A stretch of 64,000 bases of DNA from Pseudoxanthomonas sp. (GCA_024710765.1 JANJUE010000123.1:17005-81004); one strand, 5' to 3'; positions 31,276-41,380 are shown, counted from the stretch's first letter. The notes: a model not told the origin generated them from the sequence alone. A program made the numbers and translations.

Positions 31276-32544
31276 TCAGGGCAGGGAGGGATCGCCGGCG
31301 ATCGGCGTCGCGGGTGCGCCATGGTTGCGCATGATGCGGTTGAACAGCGGCGTGGCCATCAGCGTGGTCAGGATCGCCATGATGACCAGGATCGAGAACA
31401 GTCCCGGTTCGATGACGCCCGCCTGCAGGCCGATGTTGATGATCAACAGCTCCATCAGGCCGCGCGCGTTCATCAGCGCACCGATCGCCTTGGCGTCGTG
31501 CGGGGATTCCCCGGACAGGCGCGCGGCCGCCCAGCAGGCGATCGCCTTGCCGCCGAACGATGCCAGCAGGATGGCCGCGGCCGGCAGCAGCATGGCCGGA
31601 TCCAGGAACACCGACAGTTGGGTCTTCAGGCCCGAATAGGTGAAGAACAGCGGCAGCAGGACCACCACCACCATCGGCTGCAGCAGTTCGCGCAGGCGTT
31701 CGGTGAGGGCTCCGCGCGGCAGGCAGGCGCCGAGGATGAAGCCGCCGAACACGGCGTGGATGCCGATGGCGTCCATCGACCACGCGCACAGGAAGAACAG
31801 GGCCATGACCCAGGCCAGCACCGGGGGCGGCAACGGGCCGTGCTCGGGGACGCGCGCGGCCAGCGGCCGCAGCAGGCGTCGGCCGGCCAGCAGCATGAAG
31901 ACCAGGTAGGCAACGCCGCCGCCGATGGCTAGCCAGGCCTGCATCCAGCTGCCGCCGAAGCTGGCCAGCACGATCGCCAGGATGCACCAGGCCGCGGCGT
32001 CGTCCATGGCCCCGGCGGTCAGCGCCAGGGTACCCAGCGGCGTACCCGCTAGGCCACGCTCGTGGATGATCCGCGCGAGCATCGGGAACGCGGTGATGGC
32101 GATGGCCGCGCCGAGGAACAGCGCGACCTCGATGAAGCGGGTCTTTTCCGAGAACAGTCCCGGCACGTGCTGCAGCCAGGGCGCCAGCGCGAAGGCGAGC
32201 AGGAACGGCACCAGGATGCCGGCCCAGGACACCGCCATCGCGCTGCGGTAGCGCGCGCGGAAATGATCGGCGCGGAATTCGGTGCCCACCAGGAACATGT
32301 ACATGCCCACGCCGACCTGCCCGGCGACGTAGAGCATGTCCATCGACGCCTTGGGAAACAGCGCCGTCTGCACGTCCGGCAACAGCGCACCGAACAGGGA
32401 AGGACCGAGTGTGACGCCGGCGATCATCTCGCCGACCACCTGGGGTTGTCCGAAGCGCTGGGCCAGGCGGCCGACCAGTCGGCACACCAGGATGATGACG
32501 CCCGCCTGCAGGAAGAAGTAGACGGACAGTTGCGCTGTGGACAT
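31276..32544 (-). CDS. Cation:proton antiporter (CPA2/Kef-type membrane domain, no KTN domain)
   Basis: About 12 TM segments. N-terminus QAGVIILVCRLVGRLAQRFGQPQVVGEMIAGVTLGPS is typical of Na+/H+-exchanger family proteins. Confidence 0.85.
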   Translation of the reverse strand: MSTAQLSVYFFLQAGVIILVCRLVGRLAQRFGQPQVVGEMIAGVTLGPSLFGALLPDVQTALFPKASMDMLYVAGQVGVGMYMFLVGTEFRADHFRARYRSAMAVSWAGILVPFLLAFALAPWLQHVPGLFSEKTRFIEVALFLGAAIAITAFPMLARIIHERGLAGTPLGTLALTAGAMDDAAAWCILAIVLASFGGSWMQAWLAIGGGVAYLVFMLLAGRRLLRPLAARVPEHGPLPPPVLAWVMALFFLCAWSMDAIGIHAVFGGFILGACLPRGALTERLRELLQPMVVVVLLPLFFTYSGLKTQLSVFLDPAMLLPAAAILLASFGGKAIACWAAARLSGESPHDAKAIGALMNARGLMELLIINIGLQAGVIEPGLFSILVIMAILTTLMATPLFNRIMRNHGAPATPIAGDPSLP

Positions 32545-32629
32545 TCAAGACGACCCCGGGACCCCAGGCGCCATCATAGGCGGTCGCCGGGGCCGCGGGA
32601 GCGTAGCGGGCGTTATCCCGCCGGGCCGA

Positions 32630-32950
32630 TCAGCGTGGCTTGGCCGGCAGCGGGAACGGGGTGACCACCTTCTCGCCGGTGGCGGCGTCGCGGATGGCCG
32701 ACTGGCCTTTTCGCTCGACTTCCTCGACCCGGATGATGCTCTGCATCGGCAGGTGCAGGACCCGGGTATCGCCGAACTCGTCGCGCAGGCGCTCCTCGGT
32801 GGGATCGACCACCAGGCCGTCATGCAGGTCGAACACCAGTTCGCCCACCTCGGTGAAACCCCACAGCCCGCTCGCGCCCACGTGGCCCGCGTAGAGCTCG
32901 TAGACCTTGTTGTGGTTGAGGAAGGTGACCTTGTAGAGCTTCTTCGCCAT
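32630..32950 (-). CDS. DUF1820-family protein
   Basis: LYKVTFLNHNKVYELYAGHVGASGLWGFTEVGELVF matches my recollection of the DUF1820 N-terminal signature. Confidence 0.7.
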   Translation of the reverse strand: MAKKLYKVTFLNHNKVYELYAGHVGASGLWGFTEVGELVFDLHDGLVVDPTEERLRDEFGDTRVLHLPMQSIIRVEEVERKGQSAIRDAATGEKVVTPFPLPAKPR

Positions 32951-33008
32951 GGACCGGAGACAGGATGCGATGCGGTGACCTGCAAGATGCGGCCGCCCCG
33001 CGGGTGGT

Positions 33009-33695
33009 TCAATAGCCCTGCCGCTTGCGCAGGCGCCGGGCGATGGCGGCGCGGACGAACAGGGCGAACACCACCCCGAACAGGAAACCGGCGATGTGCG
33101 CCGACCACGCCACCGCGCCGAAGGCCGGGCCGGTGTAGGCGAACACGACCTGCAGCAGCGCCCAGATGCCGATCAGCAGTGACGCCGGCGCCTTCACGAA
33201 TTCCAGGAACAGGCCCAGCGGCAGCACCACGCCCAGCTTGGCGGTCGGAAACAACGCCAGGTACGCGCCGATCACCGCCGAGACCGCGCCGCTGGCGCCG
33301 ATCACCACCCGATCGGGTGCGCCGATGGTCAGCACCGCGGCCAGGTTGGCGACCGCGCCACCGAGCAGGAATAGCGCCAGGAACCGCCACGGTCCCATCG
33401 TCCGTTCCGCCGGCATCCCGAAGATCAGCAGGAACACCAGGTTGCCCAGCAGGTGGGCCCAGTCCGCGTGCAGGAACAGCGCGGTGAACAGGCGCAGCAC
33501 GCTGCCGTCCTGCAGGTCCGCCAGCCAGGCCGGCAGCGAGGTCAGGCCCCCCGACAGCGCCCCCCATTCCTGCAGCAGGCGGGCGCGGTCCGGCTGCATC
33601 GCCGCCCACAGGAACGCCAGCCACAACAGCCCCAGCAGGGTGGGCGTGGCCCAGCGCAGGGAGGGCTTACGGCGGGAGGGCAGGGAAACGAACAT
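33009..33695 (-). CDS. Rhomboid-family intramembrane serine protease
   Basis: Six TM segments. Catalytic GASGAVSAVIGAY and AHIAGFLFG motifs. Confidence 0.88.
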   Translation of the reverse strand: MFVSLPSRRKPSLRWATPTLLGLLWLAFLWAAMQPDRARLLQEWGALSGGLTSLPAWLADLQDGSVLRLFTALFLHADWAHLLGNLVFLLIFGMPAERTMGPWRFLALFLLGGAVANLAAVLTIGAPDRVVIGASGAVSAVIGAYLALFPTAKLGVVLPLGLFLEFVKAPASLLIGIWALLQVVFAYTGPAFGAVAWSAHIAGFLFGVVFALFVRAAIARRLRKRQGY

Positions 33696-33922
33696 GCCGG
33701 CTCACTTTACCTCGCGGCGGCTGTCACCCGCGCCCTTTCCCTGTTCAGGAAACGCCGTCGGACCCTGCCAAGAGTTTGTTAGCTTTCGGTTAGCGGACGT
33801 GGGTATACTGCATACGGCGTCGTATGTCGGGAGGGGCTTCCGGCGGACGAACCGGCGGGCATAACGCCGGTCGCACCAACGGCGCATTGACCGTAAACCC
33901 ACGTCCTCCGGAGAGAGACAAC

Positions 33923-35287
33923 ATGCATTCCGTCAACAGTTTTGCCCGTATTTCCGCGCTGGCCTTCGGCATCGCCGGTGTTCTGGCCTTCGGTCAGGCG
34001 CACGGCGCCGCGTTCCAGCTGAAGGAAAACAGCGCCAAGGGTCTCGGCCGTGCTTTTGCCGGTTCGGGCAGCGCCCCCGGCGACGCCTCGGTGATCGCGA
34101 CCAATCCGGCCGCCATGCGCCACCTGAAGGAAACCCAGTTCCAGGCCGACGTCAGCGCCATCAGCTTCTCGGCTGATTTCAAGGGCGGCGGCCGCCTCGC
34201 CGGTCCGACCGGCGCGGGCACCGGCATGCCGATCTCCGGCGGCGACGGCGGCGACGCCGGTACCATCGCGCCGGTCCCGGCCGCGTACTTCCACACCATG
34301 ATCGGCGAGAAGACCCACCTGGGTGCCTCGCTGACCGTGCCGTTCGGCTTCAAGACCGAATATGACCGTGACTGGGTCGGCCGCTACCACGGCGTCAAGA
34401 CCGACCTGAAGACTGCCGACCTGGGCCTTGCGCTCTCTTACGACGTGAATCCGTACGTGTCCTTCGGCGCCTCGGTGTTCGTCGAGCGCCTGGAAGTCGA
34501 CCTGAGCAACGCGGTCGACCTGGGCGCGGTGATGTACTCGCAGGGTGGTGCCCCGCTGGGCTTCCTGCCGGGCAACGCCGATCTGTACAGCCAACTGGAA
34601 GGCAGCAGCAATGACTGGGGTTTCACCGTCGGCGGCCTGTTCAGTGTCAACGAGCAGACCCACCTGGGCCTGAGCTACCGTTCCAAGGTCAAGCACGAGA
34701 TCACCAACGGCAAGGCCACGTTCACCACGACCAACGCGCGTGCCACCCAGGGCCAGGCGGTGCTGGGCGCGCGCGGCCTGTTCGTGAACACCGGTGGCCG
34801 TGCCACCATCGAACTGCCCGCATCGGCGACCCTGAGCTTCACCCGCCAGGTCAACGACAAGCTGACCATCATGGCCGACGTCTCGCGCACCTTCTGGGCG
34901 CCGTCGTTCGACGCCGTCACGGTCGACTTCAAGTCCAACCAGCCGAACAACGTGCTGCCGTTCCACTACCGCGACACCACTTTCAGCGCGATCGGCGCGG
35001 ACTACCGCTTGAGCGACACACTGACCCTGCGTGGCGGCGTGGCCTACGACCAGACCCCGACCACCGCCGAGCATCGCGACGTGCGCGTGCCGGACGCCAG
35101 CCGCAAGTGGCTGTCGCTGGGCCTGACCTGGGCGCCGTCGGAAAAGGCCGAGTACAGCTTTGGTTATACCCACCTGTTCACCAAGGATCCGACCGTGGAC
35201 CAGGTGTCGGCGACGGGCAGCACCCTGTCCGGTTCCTACGAAGTGGGTGGCGACGTGCTGGCGGCTTCGATCAACTACAAGTTCTGA
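33923..35287 (+). CDS. fadL: Outer-membrane long-chain fatty acid / hydrophobic compound transporter (OmpP1/FadL/TodX family)
   Basis: Signal peptide, then AAFQLKENSAKGLGRAFAG (FadL N-terminal hatch signature). C-terminal aromatic residue (YKF). GGAGAG RBS. Confidence 0.88.
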   Translation: MHSVNSFARISALAFGIAGVLAFGQAHGAAFQLKENSAKGLGRAFAGSGSAPGDASVIATNPAAMRHLKETQFQADVSAISFSADFKGGGRLAGPTGAGTGMPISGGDGGDAGTIAPVPAAYFHTMIGEKTHLGASLTVPFGFKTEYDRDWVGRYHGVKTDLKTADLGLALSYDVNPYVSFGASVFVERLEVDLSNAVDLGAVMYSQGGAPLGFLPGNADLYSQLEGSSNDWGFTVGGLFSVNEQTHLGLSYRSKVKHEITNGKATFTTTNARATQGQAVLGARGLFVNTGGRATIELPASATLSFTRQVNDKLTIMADVSRTFWAPSFDAVTVDFKSNQPNNVLPFHYRDTTFSAIGADYRLSDTLTLRGGVAYDQTPTTAEHRDVRVPDASRKWLSLGLTWAPSEKAEYSFGYTHLFTKDPTVDQVSATGSTLSGSYEVGGDVLAASINYKF

Positions 35288-35316
35288 TCGAAAGCGGCTT
35301 CGCCGATGCGACCAGG

Positions 35317-35346
35317 AAAACCCCGCCCCGGCGGGGTTTTCTTTTT
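35317..35346 (+). terminator. Rho-independent terminator after fadL
   Basis: AAAACCCCGC-cccg-GCGGGGTTTT followed by CTTTTT. It lies between convergent genes. Confidence 0.85.
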
Positions 35347-35382
35347 CGTGGCCCTGCGAAAGGCGTCGGCGCGTGGCGAGGA

Positions 35383-36546
35383 TTACAGGATGCGTGCGGG
35401 ATGCAGCCGCAGTTCGACGCAGTTGCGCCCATTGCGCTTGGCCGCGTAGAGGGCCTCGTCGGCCAGCCGCATCATGTCGTTGAACAGGGTGTGGCGATGG
35501 CGGGTGTGGGCGATGCCCAGGCTCACGGTGACCCGGAACGCGGGCGCGGCGAACTCCAGCGCCATCACCTGGGTGCGGATGCGCTCGGCCAGCCGGTGCG
35601 CGACTTCCGGCGACGTTTCGCGCAGCACCAGCATGAATTCCTCGCCCCCCAGGCGGACGAACAGATCGTCGCTGCGGATGCAGCCGCGCACCACATCGGA
35701 GAACCGCTGCAGCACCTGATCGCCGGTCTCGTGGCCATGGTGATCGTTGACCGCCTTGAAATGATCCAGGTCCAGCGCGACCACCGCCAGCCCGCCTTCC
35801 AGGGTGACGAAGCGATCGCGTGATCGCAGTTCGCTGTCCAGGCCGCGGCGATTGAGCGCGCCGGTCAGCGGATCGAACAGGGCGCTCTGGCGCAGCGCTT
35901 CGGCGGCGCGGAAGCTGGCCAGCATCAGCATGCAGAAGTTGAGCATGAACCAGATCGACAGGTCCGCGTTCACCCAGGACGGGTTCGGGCCGTAGCGCCC
36001 GGTCAGCGCATGCATCAGGTCGCGACCGTACAGGTACATCAGCGCGATGCATCCCAGCGTCATGAGTCGTGCCGGCACGTGATCGGGACTGGCGCGCAAC
36101 AGGCGCAGCTGCCAGATCACCACCGCCAGCACGATCACCTCCACCGCGCTCATCGCGGCCCCCTGCGCATCGCTGTCGCCATGGAACAGCCAGCCACCCA
36201 GCGACAGCGCCGCCGCGATGGGCATCATCGCGCGTTCACCGGCGTGCAGCGCGCGCTGGTGCACGAACTGGATCATCGACCAGGCCAGTCCGACCAGGCC
36301 GGTGCACGCGAGCAATCCGCCAAATCCGGCCACGGTACTGGCCAGTTCCGGGGCGCCGGACTGCGAGAGCGTCTGCGCGGTGCCGTCGAGCATGGCGGCG
36401 CCAAGCGTGTAGGCGAAGTGCGCGACACCCCAGGCGGTGATGCCGCGCACGCCACGCGACACCCGCGACACGTAGAAGAAAAGTCCCAGCAACACCGCCG
36501 CCAGCGCGCAGTCACTGATCAGCAGGTGGTAGAAATCGGTGGTCAT
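35383..36546 (-). CDS. Membrane-anchored diguanylate cyclase (GGDEF) with intact RxxD I-site
   Basis: N-terminal region of about 200 aa with multiple TM helices. GGDEF domain with the GGEEF active site. RSDD lies five residues upstream of GGEEF. Confidence 0.88.
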   Translation of the reverse strand: MTTDFYHLLISDCALAAVLLGLFFYVSRVSRGVRGITAWGVAHFAYTLGAAMLDGTAQTLSQSGAPELASTVAGFGGLLACTGLVGLAWSMIQFVHQRALHAGERAMMPIAAALSLGGWLFHGDSDAQGAAMSAVEVIVLAVVIWQLRLLRASPDHVPARLMTLGCIALMYLYGRDLMHALTGRYGPNPSWVNADLSIWFMLNFCMLMLASFRAAEALRQSALFDPLTGALNRRGLDSELRSRDRFVTLEGGLAVVALDLDHFKAVNDHHGHETGDQVLQRFSDVVRGCIRSDDLFVRLGGEEFMLVLRETSPEVAHRLAERIRTQVMALEFAAPAFRVTVSLGIAHTRHRHTLFNDMMRLADEALYAAKRNGRNCVELRLHPARIL

Positions 36547-36708
36547 GAAGCCCGTTGCGCCCGTGTGGCCTGGATAACGTCCTGTTCGTCACCACAACGC
36601 AAAACGCGGCGGATTCCGGCTATTTCAGGATTCCCGGCGGGTACGCGCCGGCGAAGTGGATGCCGGGGCGATGCGGCCAGGAGCGCCGCCTCCCCGCGAT
36701 GGCCCCGT

Positions 36709-37857
36709 TCAGGGATGCATCTCGACCCGGTTGCGGCCCTTGCGCTTGGCCGCATAAAGGGCGTCGTCCGCGCGCCGCATCAGCTCGACGAAGGGTTCGC
36801 CCTCGCTGTCGCCGATGGCGATGCCCAGGCTGATCGTCACCCGGAACGGCCGTCCCTCGGCGGGACTGAAATCCAGCCGCATCATCTGGTTGCGCAGACG
36901 CTCCGCCAACTGCCGCGCGGCCTCGCGGTCGGTGCCCGTGGTCACCACCGCGAACTCCTCGCCGCCCATGCGGGCGAACAGCTGATCACTGCGCAGGCCA
37001 CTGCGGACGGTTTCGCTGAAGCGCTGCAGCACCCGATCGCCGGTCTCGTGGCCGTGGCGATCATTGATGGTCTTGAAATGGTCCAGATCGATGGCGATCA
37101 CGGTCAGGCCGCGGTCGTTGCGTTCCACCCAGGTGCTCAGCTCGCCATGCAGGCCGCGCCGGTTGAGCGCGCTGGTGAGGGGATCGAACATGGCGCTGAG
37201 CTTCAGCGATTCGGCGGCCCGGAAACTGCACAGCATCAACATGCAGAAATTGAGCATGAACCAGATCGAAAGATCCACGCTGACCCAGATTTCGTCGAAG
37301 CCGAACTGGCTGAACGACCAGCCGGGCACCACGCTGCCGTACAGCACCGCCAGCAGGCCGCAGCCCAGCATCATCATCCGCGCCGGCAGGCGATACGGAT
37401 CCTCGCGCAGGACGCGCAGGTGCCACAGCATCCACAGCAGGACCAGCAGCTCGACGCAGTTGAGCGCCACGCTCTGGGCTTCCCAATCCCCGCCCAGCGC
37501 CCAGATCAGCAGGGGCACGGCGACGGCGACCGGGACGGCCGCCACTTCGCCCGGATGCAGCGGACGGCGCTGGACGAACCGCACGATGGCCCAGCCCAGC
37601 CCGGCCATGCCGCCGCACAGGATGGTGGCGCCCAGATGGGTGGAAAGCAGGGAGGCCGTCGCCAGGCCCGCGCTCTCGAAACCGGCGGTGCCCGCGTCCA
37701 GCAGGGTGGCGCCGATGGTGTAGAAGAGATGGGCGGCGCCCCAGGTGAGGATGCCCTGGACGTTGCGCGATACCCGCGCCACGTACCAGAACAGGAAAAA
37801 CAGCACGACCGCCAGCAGGCAGTCGCTCAACAGCGTCAACAGCACCGACAAGCTCAT
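36709..37857 (-). CDS. Membrane-anchored diguanylate cyclase (GGDEF), tandem paralog with degenerate I-site
   Basis: Collinear with the neighbouring gene product (LLSDCLLAVVLFFLFWYVARVSRNVQGILTWGAAH vs LLISDCALAAVLLGLFFYVSRVSRGVRGITAWGVAH). GGEEF is present. The I-site reads RSDQ. Confidence 0.88.
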   Translation of the reverse strand: MSLSVLLTLLSDCLLAVVLFFLFWYVARVSRNVQGILTWGAAHLFYTIGATLLDAGTAGFESAGLATASLLSTHLGATILCGGMAGLGWAIVRFVQRRPLHPGEVAAVPVAVAVPLLIWALGGDWEAQSVALNCVELLVLLWMLWHLRVLREDPYRLPARMMMLGCGLLAVLYGSVVPGWSFSQFGFDEIWVSVDLSIWFMLNFCMLMLCSFRAAESLKLSAMFDPLTSALNRRGLHGELSTWVERNDRGLTVIAIDLDHFKTINDRHGHETGDRVLQRFSETVRSGLRSDQLFARMGGEEFAVVTTGTDREAARQLAERLRNQMMRLDFSPAEGRPFRVTISLGIAIGDSEGEPFVELMRRADDALYAAKRKGRNRVEMHP

Positions 37858-37909
37858 CCGACCGCCGGCTCCCCCCGGATCCTCATGGGCATGTTATCGG
37901 CACTGCGTC

Positions 37910-37942
37910 ACAAAACAACAGGGCCGCGCGAGGCGGCCCTGT
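37910..37942 (-). terminator. Rho-independent terminator after putA
   Basis: ACAGGGCCGC-gcgag-GCGGCCCTGT, followed on the minus strand by TGTTTTGTG. Confidence 0.7.
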
Positions 37943-37975
37943 CGGAGCGGCGGACGGGGCCTGCCGGCCCGGGGA

Positions 37976-40900
37976 TCAGTCGCCCAGGGTCAGCAGCGAG
38001 GCGTTGCCGCCGGCGGCGGTAGTGTTGACCGTCACCGTCTTCTCGGTGGCGAAGCGCGGCAGGTAGTGCGGGCCGCCGGCCTTCGGACCGGTGCCGGACA
38101 GGCCCTGGCCGCCGAACGGCTGCACGCCCACGACCGCGCCGATCTGGTTGCGGTTGACGTACACGTTGCCGACCTTCACCCGCGCGGCGATGCGGTCGAC
38201 CGTCTCGTCGATGCGCGAATGCACGCCCAGGGTCAGGCCGTAGCCGGTGGCGTTGATGGCATCGATCACCTGGTCCAGCTGATCGGCCTTCCAGCGCACC
38301 ACGTGCAGGGCCGGACCGAAGATCTCGCGGTGCAGCTGGTCCAGCGATTTCAGCTCCCACGCGCGCGGGGCGAAGAAGGTGCCATGGGCGGCGTCCTCGC
38401 CGAGGTTGGCCTGCTTGATCAGGCGGGCCTCGGTGGCCATGCGGGCGGCATGGTCTTCCAGGATCTTCAGCGCGTCGGCATCGATGACCGGGCCGACGTC
38501 GGTGGACAGCAGGCCCGGATCGCCGACCTTCAGCTCGTCCATCGCGCCGGCCAGCATGGTCATCACCTTGTCGGCGATGTCGTCCTGCACGAACAGCACG
38601 CGCGCGGCCGAGCAGCGCTGGCCGGCGGAGGTGAAGGCCGACCCGATGGCGTCCTTGACCAGTTGTTCCGGCAGCGCCGAAGAATCGGCGATGAAGGCGT
38701 TCTGGCCTCCGGTCTCGGCGATCAACACACCGATGGCGGCGTCACGCGCGGCCAGCGCGCGGTTGATGGCGCGGGCGGTTTCGGTGGAGCCGGTGAAGGC
38801 CACGCCGGCCACGCGCGGGTCCTTGGTGAGCGCGGCGCCGACGGTGGCGCCGTCGCCGGGCAGGAACTGCAGCACGGCTTCCGGAACGCCGGCTTCGTGC
38901 AGCAGTTTCACCGCCGCATGGCCGATCAGGTTGGTCTGCTCGGCCGGCTTGGCGATGACGCTGTTGCCGGCGGCCAGCGCGGCGCTGACCTGGCCGAGGA
39001 AGATCGCCAGCGGGAAGTTCCACGGACTGATGCAGACGAACACGCCGCGGCCGTGCAACTGCAGTTCGTTGCATTCGCCGGTCGGTCCGGGCAGGCGTTC
39101 GGCCGCACCGAACTGCGCGCGTGCCTGGGCGCCGTAGTAGCGCAGGAAATCGACCGCCTCGCGGACTTCGGCGACGCTGTCGGGCAGGGTCTTGCCGGCT
39201 TCCTTCACGCACAGCGCGATGTACTCGGGCATGCGCTGTTCCAGCAGGTCTGCGGCATGTTCCAGGATCGCCGCGCGGCTGGCGGCCGGCGTGCGGTCCC
39301 AGGCCGGTTGCGCGCTCACCGCGTTCTGCAGCGCCTTCTCCACCGCTGCGCCATCGGCCGGCTGCCATTCGCCCACCGTCTGGCGGCGATCGGCCGGATT
39401 GGTGACCGGCAGCGCCGCGGCCGCGACCACCGCGCCCGGCACCAGCGGCGCCGCCCGCCACGGCTTGACGGCGGCGTTGACGCGCTCGGCCAGCGCACGC
39501 AGGTCGTTGTCGTTGGCGAGATTGGCGCCCATGGAGTTGTTCCTGTCAGAAGTCGGGATGGGGGCTGCCTGGTTGCGGAAGAGATCACGCGGCAGCGGAA
39601 TGCGGGGATGCGGGATCGAGTCGAACGCGGACACGGTTTCCACCGGGTCGCGAATCAGGTCCTCGATGGCCACGTCCTCGTCGGTGATGCGGTTGACGAA
39701 GCTGGAATTGGCGCCGTTCTCCAGCAGGCGGCGGACCAGGTACGGCAGCAGGTCCTCGTGCGAACCGACCGGGGCGTAGACGCGGCAGGGCACGCCCAGG
39801 CGATCGGCGGGAATCACCTCCGCGTACAGGTCGTCGCCCATGCCGTGCAGCTTCTGGTGCTCGTACGGACGGCCCTGCGCGATCGAACGGATTGCTGCGA
39901 TGGTCTGCGCGTTGTGGGTGGCGAACATCGGATACAGCGCGTCGCCGTGCTCGAACATGCGGCGCGCGTTGGCCAGGTAGGACACGTCGGTGTTCGGCTT
40001 GCGGGTGAACACCGGATAGCCCGGATGGCCGTCGATCTGGGCGCGCTTGACCTCCGCGTCCCAGTACGCGCCCTTGACCAGGCGCACCGGCATGCGCCGG
40101 CCCACCCGGCGGGCCAGGTCGGCAAGGAAGTCGATCACGTAGGGGGTGCGCTTCTGGTACGCCTGGACCGCCAGTCCGTAGCCTTCCCAGCCGTCCAGCG
40201 ACTTGTCGGAGAAGGTGGCCTCGATCAGGTCCAGCGACAGTTCCAGCCGGTCGGCTTCCTCGGCGTCGATGGTGAAGCCGATGCCGTAGGACCTGGCCAG
40301 TTGCGCCAGCTCCAGGATGCCCGGAGCGAGTTCCTTCATCACCCGTGCGCGCTTGGCGTGCTCGTAGCGCGGATGCAGCGCCGACAGCTTGATCGAGATG
40401 CTGGGCGCGGCAAAGACATCGGGCTTGCCCGCATCGCCCTGGCCTTGCGGACGGGAGTGCCTGCCGATGGCGTGGATCGCCTTGCGGTAAGCCTCCAGGT
40501 AGCGCGCGGCGTCCTTCGAGGTCAGCGCGCCTTCGCCCAGCATGTCGAACGAATAGCGGTAGTTGGCGTTGTCGCCCTTGCGCGAGCGGCCCAGCGCTTC
40601 CTCGATGGTCCGGCCCATCACGAACTGGTGGCCCATGATGCGCATGGCCTGGCGCACCGCCAGGCGGATGACCGGCTCGCCGACCCGGCCGACCAGGCGC
40701 TTGAAGGCGCCGGGCACGTCGTGGCGGGTCAGGTCGTTGAGGTTGACCAGCTTGCCGGTCAGCATCAGGCCCCAGGTGGAGGCGTTGACCAGCACCGAAT
40801 CGCTCTGGCCCAGGTGCTTTTCCCAATCGGCGTCGCCCAGCTTGTCGCGGATCAGCTTGTCGGCGGTCTCCTGGTCGGGAATGCGCAGCAGCGCCTCGGC

Positions 40901-41227
40901 CACGCACATCAGCAGCACGCCTTCCTCGCTTCCGAGGTCGTACTGGCGCATGAAGGCCTCGATGGCGCCCTGGTCCTGCGCGCGCGCGCGGACCCGCTTG
41001 ACCAGATCGGCGGCCAGCGCCTGCGCCCGGGCCTGCTCGTCGGCGGGCAGCCGGGCCTGGGCCAGCAGTTCGCGCACGTGCTCGGCTTCGTCGCGCAGCC
41101 AGGCGGCGGTGATGGCGGCCCGCAGCGGTGGCGGCGGGGCGGGGAGTTCGGGGGAAACGATGCCGGTGGACGCCGGCGGCGGGGCCGCCTCGGTGCCGGA
41201 CTGGGGCTGGGAGCTCATGAGGGTCAT
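37976..41227 (-). CDS. putA: Bifunctional proline dehydrogenase / L-glutamate-gamma-semialdehyde dehydrogenase PutA
   Basis: About 1080 aa. PRODH barrel followed by an ALDH domain (FTGSTETAR, ETGGQNA, catalytic Cys in GQRCSAARV). No N-terminal ribbon-helix-helix is evident. Start is uncertain (41227 or 41218; the track ORF extends to 41296). Confidence 0.92.
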   Translation of the reverse strand: MTLMSSQPQSGTEAAPPPASTGIVSPELPAPPPPLRAAITAAWLRDEAEHVRELLAQARLPADEQARAQALAADLVKRVRARAQDQGAIEAFMRQYDLGSEEGVLLMCVAEALLRIPDQETADKLIRDKLGDADWEKHLGQSDSVLVNASTWGLMLTGKLVNLNDLTRHDVPGAFKRLVGRVGEPVIRLAVRQAMRIMGHQFVMGRTIEEALGRSRKGDNANYRYSFDMLGEGALTSKDAARYLEAYRKAIHAIGRHSRPQGQGDAGKPDVFAAPSISIKLSALHPRYEHAKRARVMKELAPGILELAQLARSYGIGFTIDAEEADRLELSLDLIEATFSDKSLDGWEGYGLAVQAYQKRTPYVIDFLADLARRVGRRMPVRLVKGAYWDAEVKRAQIDGHPGYPVFTRKPNTDVSYLANARRMFEHGDALYPMFATHNAQTIAAIRSIAQGRPYEHQKLHGMGDDLYAEVIPADRLGVPCRVYAPVGSHEDLLPYLVRRLLENGANSSFVNRITDEDVAIEDLIRDPVETVSAFDSIPHPRIPLPRDLFRNQAAPIPTSDRNNSMGANLANDNDLRALAERVNAAVKPWRAAPLVPGAVVAAAALPVTNPADRRQTVGEWQPADGAAVEKALQNAVSAQPAWDRTPAASRAAILEHAADLLEQRMPEYIALCVKEAGKTLPDSVAEVREAVDFLRYYGAQARAQFGAAERLPGPTGECNELQLHGRGVFVCISPWNFPLAIFLGQVSAALAAGNSVIAKPAEQTNLIGHAAVKLLHEAGVPEAVLQFLPGDGATVGAALTKDPRVAGVAFTGSTETARAINRALAARDAAIGVLIAETGGQNAFIADSSALPEQLVKDAIGSAFTSAGQRCSAARVLFVQDDIADKVMTMLAGAMDELKVGDPGLLSTDVGPVIDADALKILEDHAARMATEARLIKQANLGEDAAHGTFFAPRAWELKSLDQLHREIFGPALHVVRWKADQLDQVIDAINATGYGLTLGVHSRIDETVDRIAARVKVGNVYVNRNQIGAVVGVQPFGGQGLSGTGPKAGGPHYLPRFATEKTVTVNTTAAGGNASLLTLGD

Positions 41228-41380
41228 CAGAAGCGGGCGATGGAGCCGGATAGTGTAGTGAGCCAGGGCACCGTTCGCGAACGGATGGAAGCGCATGGCG
41301 CGGACCGTTCCCCGCCGTCCCCGCCGCGAGGGCCGGAACCCGGCCAGGGCGGGTCAAACATTGACCGAGATCATTGCAAC

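Noticed and set aside
33776-33809. TATACT hexamer (33804-33809) and nearby TTGTTA as a fadL promoter
   Set aside because: Spacing between the hexamers is about 22 bp, outside the functional range, and there is no extended -10. Left uncalled.
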